Shown: in pieces, positions 47,101-53,545 of the stretch
Layout of the letters: each line of letters starts with the position of its first letter
Numbering within the stretch: the stretch's first letter is position 1
Source: Methanobacteriota archaeon
GTDB taxonomy: Archaea; Thermoplasmatota; Poseidoniia; Poseidoniales; Thalassarchaeaceae
Assembly: GCA_018650285.1 (NCBI GenBank)
Contig: JABIGF010000014.1
Span: 683 to 64,682 of the forward strand
Direction of reading: 5' to 3'
Length of the DNA stretch: 64,000 nt
Notes under the pieces: generated by a model
Told to the model about the DNA's origin: nothing
Database searches by the model: none
What the model saw: the letters and a program-made list of their open reading frames with translations, nothing else
Program-made: the position numbers and the translations under genes

Positions 47101-47500
47101 TGTAGAAGATGTTGATTGTAGTGAGCCGTTTGGCTATAATATACTAGAAAACAAAATTTGCCCACATCACAACACAACCATTGGACATTGGTCTATATTA
47201 CTACAAATAATCGATGGGGATGAGGTGTTAAGCTGGAGTTTTACCTACTCCTACTTTGTCTGGAACCCACCAATCGTTGACCCTAACGATGGCAACGGAG
47301 ATGGTTCACAAGATGGCACTAATGGAGGCGATAATGATGGAGGTTCTGGAGCCCTTAGCGGCGGACCTGTGATTCAATCTGAAATTGTGATTGGGCTTGC
47401 CGCACTGCTTGTTCTCTCTATTCTAGTGCTATTATTTATGCGAAGAAAGCCACCTGTTAGTCCGCCAAAATTGATTAAACCTGACTTCTATCAATTTTGA
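44114..47500 (+). CDS. kexin-like subtilisin (S8) protease with P-domain, TSP3-type repeats, three Cys-containing MopE-like repeats, TM anchor and a short Pro-rich tail
   Basis: Catalytic triad motifs GIVDDGLDWNHPDL (D), DGHGTSAAGVAAA (H) and GGTSSATPLVSGVIALM (S). P-domain DVIVDIDHNNRGDLEIKLISPSGTESVL...WTLSLDD. Repeats CNDSDPLIRPDINESLNGIDDDCDLYIDEG (x3). TM IVIGLAALLVLSILVLLF. The ATG at 44114 is preferred over the GTG at 44099. Confidence 0.9.
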   Translation: MRRALVAVMMVLSILAPLTNADVLETSKITETEISDDSIVSSFSPAVRAAFARVSDISQYSDEELASVEQWVVVSTTPFGEAAPNLPNTWIVDVDGEQAVAKFASLQSDGVIEVAYPLVKWEASKKLIPNDTKFSDQWHLQNTGQTSGTTGEDVNITAVWDNYTGFGTVIGIVDDGLDWNHPDLDDYYESTLDYDYCGNDGDPSPSNWDGHGTSAAGVAAAVGNNSIGVSGAAPEAGLAGIQLISCGLSDTKEANAITHLQQSIDIYSNSWGPSDNGHTLEAPGPLMLAGFESDAYQGRSGLGNIITWAAGNGLNNDDNSNYDGYANSRFTIAVSATTHYGDNSWYSEPGANILVAAPSDGDGEGITTTDIEGSGGYNNGDYNDNFGGTSSATPLVSGVIALMLEANPNITWRDVQHILVNSARVNDASDWSWEVNGAGHDTSQKYGFGVIDAGAAIHLANNWTNVAAEANDTSGVQTANLAIPDGPSSPVTETFQMTTDLQLESVDVIVDIDHNNRGDLEIKLISPSGTESVLAAQHNDNGNDYNNWLFSSVQFWDESSVGNWTLSLDDRSSGTTGTLYDWELIIHGVEINRDSDLDGLLDDDETANYSTDPYDNDTDDDFLDDGLEVLNYSTDPLNPDSDGDGLLDGVEVFVNGTDPLNSDTDGDGMSDGFEVNTAFSNPLVYDNDTDSDGWYWFNDCNDSDPLIRPDINESLNGIDDDCDLYIDEGFNATDSDVDQLVDWQEYHIYGTNRTLWDTDGDGLSDGDEVLNHGSNPLIFDNDSDLDGWYWFDDCDDENFSMNPGQVELLDGLDNDCDDAIDEDFYGQDSDGDGLFDLDEYNLIGTDPFHNDTDRDGITDGDELLITHTDPLSPDLDEDGDGFRWFDDCDDNNSARSPDVNETWNWIDDDCDGEIDNDVNRSAHLVLYPKGNAQVLGINPTSGEISLNTNNSAFSLDIENYNVNWEIYDLISNGTITWTITDNDGATTQLDGVETYAVEDVDCSEPFGYNILENKICPHHNTTIGHWSILLQIIDGDEVLSWSFTYSYFVWNPPIVDPNDGNGDGSQDGTNGGDNDGGSGALSGGPVIQSEIVIGLAALLVLSILVLLFMRRKPPVSPPKLIKPDFYQF

Positions 47501-47517
47501 GATGATGCAAATATTTG

Positions 47518-47859
47518 TTACCAAATTATTGAGCCACCAAATATGACTGAAACGGCAAGACCACCTAACAAGACAATAACTCCTAATCCAGTAACTATCC
47601 AAGTGAGAAGATCTGTCAACTGATTTGCATGCGCTTGCTCACCGCTACTTGTATCAAGGCGGCGGTCACCCTTTGCGGCTCTCTTTGCTCTCGCAATATC
47701 CTCGTTAATTCCTGATGTGTCGGACTTTTTACGCAGTATCTCAAGCGAACTATCATTGATTATTTCGGCTTCCTTAGATTCCAACTTGGAACGCAATAAT
47801 GATTCATCGGCAGGAACCCAGCCATGCTCTTCCATGATATCTCTCCGCACCTTCGTCAC
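47518..47859 (-). CDS. hypothetical tail-anchored membrane protein (113 aa)
   Basis: A charged, helical N-terminal ~80 aa is followed by a single C-terminal TM (LLTWIVTGLGVIVLLGGLAVSVIFGG). No family recognised. Confidence 0.45.
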   Translation of the reverse strand: MTKVRRDIMEEHGWVPADESLLRSKLESKEAEIINDSSLEILRKKSDTSGINEDIARAKRAAKGDRRLDTSSGEQAHANQLTDLLTWIVTGLGVIVLLGGLAVSVIFGGSIIW

Positions 47860-47933
47860 CCTTCAAAGTATTCAAGGCTCACGGAAAATTGCTTCAAAAT
47901 AAGTAACAATAATTGTGGCCGTCAATTGTGACT

Positions 47934-49523
47934 TCACTCTTCATCTTCTTCTTCTTGACCTTCTTCTTCACCGGCTGCAGCGGCAAAATTGGCACCAATA
48001 TCAGCCCAATCTCGCTGCCATTCAGAATCTACATCGCCGCCTTGCCATTCACCCTCGATAGCAATCTCATCGACTTCAAACTCTTCACGCCAAGGTGGGT
48101 CCTCTACACTACCGCTTACAATCAAACGATTATGGCTATCGAGTTGACTCTTGACTAGTCTAACACCTCGTGAAATTGGCAATAAATGGCCAACAGGAGT
48201 GCCGGCTGTGACAAATGGGTTTGTTGCAGAACAAATCAACAACCCTCTTTCAGGGGATAAAATATCTGCACTTCGGCCCGGTTTATGTGGGTCAACAATA
48301 CGGCCGATAATATCGTCTTTCTCAATGAACGAACCTGATTGTACAAACATATCTACAAGCCCTCCTTCTTCTGCCCGAACCCATGTTGAACCAGAAGCAA
48401 GTAATCGGAAACGTGGACGTGAAGGATATCCTGGAATCACCTTCAACGAGCGCAATACATTCAGCACACCATAAACCGCGACTTTTACCGCTTCATGATC
48501 TGTCAAAGTAGCTCCACCACCTTCGTAAGTTAACGCACCAATGCCTTCATCTGTAGCGTTTCTGCGTAATGTCCCACGCGGCCCCTTTGAATCAAGTACA
48601 ACCTCTACACCAAACGCACGAGCAATTCTATTGCTCCCAGAGTGAGCAAGATTTGCCCTCACCTGTGGAAGATTTGTCCTTCCTTTTGCTGCAGAATGCA
48701 AATCAATTAGATAATCCGATGAAATAATGAGATTTTCCCATATTTTATCTGCTACTCTACTAGTCGTGTTACCATCAGGAGAACCTGGGAATTGACGATT
48801 TAAATCACGACCGTCAGGGAAGTATCTACTGTGACCGCGGTATCCTGGCGGATTGAGAATTGGTACAATTCTAACTGTGCCCGCCATTGCATTTGGGTCA
48901 AGTGCTCTGCCAGAACCTGTCATTGATTCTTGGCAAAGCATACTGCAAGCTAATGGGCCAACTAATTCATCACCATGGATCGCCCCTGTAACTGTTACAA
49001 CTGGCCCAGGCCTTGCTCCATGAATCACAGTGATTGGAGTATCCCATGATTCACCCAGTGTGACATCCAATAGTGGCATTGAAATTCTACGGATTGTATT
49101 CGGCTTAATCCGTTTATTCTCAATTCTGTGTTGTTTTGCGCCTTTTGCACGGTCCCAATCCAAACGCTTTCCCGTTTTCGCCTTTGAAAGCGATTTTTTG
49201 ATTGTCGCCCGTCTTTCCTTAGGAATCTGGTTGCTCACCTTCAATGCTGTTTTACTACTATCAACAGTCTTTGATTTGCTTTTTTTGCCCTTCTTCGACT
49301 TTGATTTCGGTGGCGATTTCTTAGACGGAGAGGTTGTCTTTTTCGCCGTAGATTTCTTCTTTGTTTTGGGTTTCTTTGTATCAGCTTTTGCCGATAAATT
49401 TGTCACTTTACCAGACTTCTTTTGCGCCTTTTGAGTAGACGCTTTTTTTGTTTTTTGGGCAACGCCTTCCTCTTTAGAGGAAGAGGTAGAATCAGAGTCA
49501 GTTTTTGATGGCATCAAATACAC
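47934..49523 (-). CDS. succinylglutamate desuccinylase/aspartoacylase (AstE/AspA, M14-like) family protein with a Lys/Ser-rich N-terminal extension and an acidic C-terminal tail
   Basis: Zn-binding signature VTVTGAIHGDELVG and the downstream YLIDLHSA. The N-terminal ~135 aa are K/S/T/P-rich (TSPSKKSPPKSKSKKGKKSKSK). The C-terminus ends EEEGQEEEDEE. A shorter product from the internal Met (MPLLDVTLGE) cannot be excluded. Confidence 0.75.
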   Translation of the reverse strand: MYLMPSKTDSDSTSSSKEEGVAQKTKKASTQKAQKKSGKVTNLSAKADTKKPKTKKKSTAKKTTSPSKKSPPKSKSKKGKKSKSKTVDSSKTALKVSNQIPKERRATIKKSLSKAKTGKRLDWDRAKGAKQHRIENKRIKPNTIRRISMPLLDVTLGESWDTPITVIHGARPGPVVTVTGAIHGDELVGPLACSMLCQESMTGSGRALDPNAMAGTVRIVPILNPPGYRGHSRYFPDGRDLNRQFPGSPDGNTTSRVADKIWENLIISSDYLIDLHSAAKGRTNLPQVRANLAHSGSNRIARAFGVEVVLDSKGPRGTLRRNATDEGIGALTYEGGGATLTDHEAVKVAVYGVLNVLRSLKVIPGYPSRPRFRLLASGSTWVRAEEGGLVDMFVQSGSFIEKDDIIGRIVDPHKPGRSADILSPERGLLICSATNPFVTAGTPVGHLLPISRGVRLVKSQLDSHNRLIVSGSVEDPPWREEFEVDEIAIEGEWQGGDVDSEWQRDWADIGANFAAAAGEEEGQEEEDEE

Positions 49524-49611
49524 TCATCCAAGTCGTAGAGACTCCATTAATCCAATGCGGGCGTAGGTTAAACAAAAAGGCGCCGCTATTATTCTCTACA
49601 AAATCAAAGAT

Positions 49612-50139
49612 TTGCACCCCTTAACAAGGGCAAAAGAGATGGTTTGTCAGTTACACGACATAGATATGACCGATGAGGACGAGGGGGTACAAAGACAGTT
49701 TGCGCCATCTTCAATCTGTTTTGGCTGTGGACCTGCCAACGAAAAAGGATTGAAAATCAATTCAACACGAACAGAAGATGGTTTAGAACTCTGGTTCACT
49801 ACATCTGATGAACATCAAGCATTCCCTGGAATGGTCAATGGAGGCATCATCGGAACTCTTCTTGATTGCCATGGAAATTGGGCTGCGGCAATAGCAATAA
49901 TGGATGCTCGTCAAGAAAGTGAGCCGCCCTGTACTGTCACCGCATCTTACTCTGTACAACTCAGAAGACCAACCCCTGCAAATGTGCCACTGCACGTCAC
50001 TGCAAGAGTTACCGAATTAGATGGTGATAGAGCAAATGTGGAAATGGAGATGCACGCAGAAGGCAAACTTTGCGCCAAAGGAAAGGGTTTGTTCGTGGCT
50101 GTAAAAGAGGGCCACCCAGCATATCACCGTTGGAGTTGA
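49612..50139 (+). CDS. PaaI/hotdog-fold thioesterase family protein
   Basis: Motifs CFGCGPANEKGLKI and VNGGIIGTLLDCHGNWAAA are typical of PaaI-type thioesterases. The start is ambiguous: a TTG at 49612 or the ATG at 49639. Confidence 0.75.
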   Translation: MHPLTRAKEMVCQLHDIDMTDEDEGVQRQFAPSSICFGCGPANEKGLKINSTRTEDGLELWFTTSDEHQAFPGMVNGGIIGTLLDCHGNWAAAIAIMDARQESEPPCTVTASYSVQLRRPTPANVPLHVTARVTELDGDRANVEMEMHAEGKLCAKGKGLFVAVKEGHPAYHRWS

Positions 50140-50150
50140 TAGGTGAAATA

Positions 50151-50678
50151 ATGAGTAGTGCTTCTTTGGAATTTTTGCGCTACCGAGTTCTTGGAATCAT
50201 GTCTCGAATGGACGCACTTTCAGGAAAGAATTTGCAACCACTTGCAGAAATACCTTTAGCACTAATACGAAAAAATGCAACTAGATTACACGGCGCATGC
50301 CGCTTCAAAAAGGGCGTTGACAAATGGCGTCAAGACCTCTCTCCACTTCATGTCAAAGAGGTTGCTTTGCATCCTGAATCTTTGAATGATGAATGGTTAA
50401 GATATGCCGAGTTTTTGATGTTTCATGAGTTTTTACACGCACTAGGACATGGTGGCCACGATCAAATATTTCGGAACTTAGAAGCTCAATGGCCAGATAA
50501 AGATGCAAAACAAATGGGTATTAATTTTACTAGATACTTGCGACAAAGAAATGCAAAGTTTGCTTGGACTTGTCCAAAATGTAGTTGGAAAACTGAGCGC
50601 TCAATCAAATCTGGCGGGAGATACCTCTGCCGCAAATGTAAGGTGAAATTGGTTGACTGTGCGATATCAACCAATTGA
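50151..50678 (+). CDS. SprT-like zinc metalloprotease with a C-terminal zinc ribbon
   Basis: HExxH motif HEFLHALGH, then a CxxC...CxxC ribbon (WTCPKCSW...YLCRKCKVKL). The ATG at 50151 follows AGGTGA and lies 12 nt after the thioesterase stop. The longer ORF-track start at 50070 overlaps the upstream gene. Confidence 0.7.
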   Translation: MSSASLEFLRYRVLGIMSRMDALSGKNLQPLAEIPLALIRKNATRLHGACRFKKGVDKWRQDLSPLHVKEVALHPESLNDEWLRYAEFLMFHEFLHALGHGGHDQIFRNLEAQWPDKDAKQMGINFTRYLRQRNAKFAWTCPKCSWKTERSIKSGGRYLCRKCKVKLVDCAISTN

Positions 50679-50758
50679 ATTGTTCACACTATCAAACAAA
50701 TTAGAATACAATTCATTACTACGAAGTCTCCCCTAGAAAATGATGGGGGCAATCTATC

Positions 50759-52759
50759 TTGATTCAAGGCGATAAAGACTTGACAAGAAGATTCGGCATA
50801 GCCGCATGCATAGTTTTACTGCTGATGCTTGGATTAATGCCAACAACAACATCAGCAGAATTATCGAGAACTACGACAACTCTCAACCTCGCTTGCCTCT
50901 CTGAATCGAGTTGTTTGCTAGACAATTCCGAAGTGGGAGTTGAAATGATGTCTCGTCAAGAGAGTTCTGCATCTCCACTATCGCCAAAGATAGTAAAAAT
51001 TGAATTCATTATGAATCCTGAACAATCTCATCTTGCCTTGTTACCTACGATGGTCGATGAACTAGTAATTGACCTTCGAATTCAAGAGGATACTGCTGGA
51101 ATTTCATCGCCTGACATTGTCGTTGAATTTTGGGCTGGCCCAAGCACAAACAGTTGGACACTAGAAGGGGGCAGTCCTACCTCGCCAAAAGTTGGTGATT
51201 ATCGACTTGAAAATGCTGAACTTGACCTCTCACAAGGACGATTAGTTAGGCCAAATGATGGTGTTGGACTTTCTATCTCATTTGAGATTAGAGAACCCGT
51301 AACTTGGGAGCTTCATCTTAGAGGAGATTCAAGGATTATTATTCCAATTGAATGGAGTACGAACATTGCCGTAGCAAATGTCGACGAGCCAAGCAGTGCT
51401 GGAAATCCGGTGCAAGTCTCAGATGTTGAAACGCTTTCACACGGAGCACTGCTTGATGCTGACCAAGACTGCTTTAGATTCCAACTTCCAGATCACCTAC
51501 GCGGTATGACAATCATAGTACATTGGACCTCTGTCCCTCTAGAAATAGAGCAACCTCACACCCCGCCTGAGTTGATTAGAGAGGGTGGTAAAACACCAAA
51601 AAACCCTGCCGTTAAGACCACTTACGAGGCAGGCACACAGATTACTGAAATCTATTATGAAGACCCGCCAGATGGTAGTTACCTCGCTTGTTGGTCGGGA
51701 AAAAATAACCATTTTCAAGAATACTCTTGGTTCGCAAGACTCTCTCATGAAGGATTGGGGAGTGCATCCCCTACGCAATTTTCTGGCGACGCAAACTGGC
51801 TCGCTGGAGAAGCATACGTTGGTGACTCAGATGATGTATCCAAAGTGATTGGCTCCCATGGCATTACCCTTCTTGTTGGAATAATTGCAACTGCTGCCTG
51901 TTTCCTTGGATTCGCGCTACCGAGCAACAACCCTTGGTCAAAGCGCTATATTCTTCCTGTGGCGATGCTGATTCTGATAATTGGTGGCATCGCATCGCCC
52001 GTATGGGGATTAACTGGAGAAGCGCCACGAACTGGCGAACTGACGCTTGATGAGGCGCTTAATGTCAGAATGGGAGCAATTGATGATGCGGGCCGCTCAG
52101 AAGCGGCCGCGGCTACCGCAAGTGGTTTCTTTGGCATTGCACCAGAAGAAACGCTATCTTTGAGAATGCACATAACAGGTTCACATCCCACTGGTGATGG
52201 ACGTTGGCAAGTCCACACTGAAGAGATGGAGAGCATTCGATTAGATAGTCACGTATTTGGCTGGGTTGGAGACCATCCAATGGGGGCCGATGATGAAATT
52301 CGTTTTATTCTGCAAGCAGGACGCTCCCTAACTCTTGATTTGTTGATGCTAGAAGCATTATTGGTTGTTGATGAAAAACCAGAGGGGGAATTAATCCATA
52401 TCAATTGGAAAATGAAAGCCGCCGAGCCTGCTGGTTCCGCAACTGAGCCAATCTGGTCAACCCGACCAGAATCAATATCACCTTCTGAATGGTCCACCAT
52501 TCAAGACAAACTATTCCCTGAATTATTGACTATTTCATACTGTGATTGTGGCGTTGATGGCATGGAAGTAAGTTGGCGCTCTAGTGAACTATTCAACGCT
52601 CATAGCATACCTCAAACCGTGGATGTATCTGTTGCTGGTGGTTTAGTCAACGACGAACATATTTGGTTAACCGCTGGTATTGGGCTAATTCTCTTTGCAG
52701 GGGGAATTGAATACTACCGCATCAAAGCAGCAGAAAAGTTAGCTAGTGAATACCTTTGA
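50759..52759 (+). CDS. hypothetical secreted/membrane protein (666 aa)
   Basis: N-terminal signal (IAACIVLLLMLGLMPTTTSA), two central TM helices and one C-terminal TM helix. TTG start. No catalytic motif recognised. Confidence 0.6.
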   Translation: MIQGDKDLTRRFGIAACIVLLLMLGLMPTTTSAELSRTTTTLNLACLSESSCLLDNSEVGVEMMSRQESSASPLSPKIVKIEFIMNPEQSHLALLPTMVDELVIDLRIQEDTAGISSPDIVVEFWAGPSTNSWTLEGGSPTSPKVGDYRLENAELDLSQGRLVRPNDGVGLSISFEIREPVTWELHLRGDSRIIIPIEWSTNIAVANVDEPSSAGNPVQVSDVETLSHGALLDADQDCFRFQLPDHLRGMTIIVHWTSVPLEIEQPHTPPELIREGGKTPKNPAVKTTYEAGTQITEIYYEDPPDGSYLACWSGKNNHFQEYSWFARLSHEGLGSASPTQFSGDANWLAGEAYVGDSDDVSKVIGSHGITLLVGIIATAACFLGFALPSNNPWSKRYILPVAMLILIIGGIASPVWGLTGEAPRTGELTLDEALNVRMGAIDDAGRSEAAAATASGFFGIAPEETLSLRMHITGSHPTGDGRWQVHTEEMESIRLDSHVFGWVGDHPMGADDEIRFILQAGRSLTLDLLMLEALLVVDEKPEGELIHINWKMKAAEPAGSATEPIWSTRPESISPSEWSTIQDKLFPELLTISYCDCGVDGMEVSWRSSELFNAHSIPQTVDVSVAGGLVNDEHIWLTAGIGLILFAGGIEYYRIKAAEKLASEYL

Positions 52760-52767
52760 CGGTGCTC

Positions 52768-53409
52768 TCATACTTTACCGAGTATTTCATCTAGCATTTT
52801 CTTCTCATCATCATCAATAATGCCATCTTCTAATGCAAGGCGTATCTTATTGCAATCTTCATCAGTCAAGTTTGCCGATTGCATTGCGCCTTCAATAAGT
52901 GCCATTTCAGCAGCAGTAACCTTGCCATCATCAACTGCCGCATTGATAGCAGCCCTAGTTGCAATTCTTGCTGCCTGTCGTGGAGGTATCTCCAAAGCAG
53001 TTGTGAGTGCAGTTAATTCGTCATGCTCATCTTGTGTTAGTACACCATCTTCGTACGCTCGATGATACGCTTCAAGAAGGAATTTGCCATACTGATCAGG
53101 ATGTAGTAATACATCACGGATAAGTCCATAATCCACGATTCTTTTGCTAGAAGAAGTTGTTTGACCGAGTGATGCCTGAACTTCCTTCACTGCCATATCT
53201 TTCAAACCGTGACCAACCCAAGCAAAACCCAAAGCAATAACTCCCGAAGCAAGCCATTGCATGGTTACTTCTGAAAATAATGAACCCGGATGCATCAATT
53301 GATTCAAGCCAATAACAATGAGGAGAGAGCCCCAAAACATCTCTAGCCAATCATTGACATCTTTGCCATCAGCGAGGTCATCTTCTGTCGGCTCACCCTC
53401 TGTCATCAT
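52768..53409 (-). CDS. hypothetical membrane protein with a TerB-like helical repeat C-domain (tentative)
   Basis: Two TM helices (FWGSLLIVIGLNQL; WLASGVIALGFAWVG), then repeated acidic helical units (LTQDEHDELTALTTAL; VTAAEMALIEGAMQSA; IIDDDEKKMLDEIL) reminiscent of TerB/DjlA-N folds. Confidence 0.5.
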   Translation of the reverse strand: MMTEGEPTEDDLADGKDVNDWLEMFWGSLLIVIGLNQLMHPGSLFSEVTMQWLASGVIALGFAWVGHGLKDMAVKEVQASLGQTTSSSKRIVDYGLIRDVLLHPDQYGKFLLEAYHRAYEDGVLTQDEHDELTALTTALEIPPRQAARIATRAAINAAVDDGKVTAAEMALIEGAMQSANLTDEDCNKIRLALEDGIIDDDEKKMLDEILGKV

Positions 53410-53545
53410 TCTGACACGATAGACAATAGCCCTTGAAAGTATCTCGCGAAGAAGGGGATATATTGGGTACTGAGGACTTTCTCACTATTGAGAACTGCTT
53501 TTCGGACCGCTATCCTCTTGTGCCTTGGTTCGCGGACTGTGTTGC

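Noticed and set aside
49030-49434. 134-aa Phe-rich plus-strand ORF.
   Set aside because: It is the antisense shadow of the AAA/AAG-rich Lys tract of the AstE/AspA-family gene, since TTT/CTT codons have no stops.
50070-50150. Upstream extension of the SprT-like ORF overlapping the thioesterase gene by 70 nt.
   Set aside because: The internal ATG at 50151 has an AGGTGA SD and removes the overlap. The extension encodes a basic peptide with no motif.
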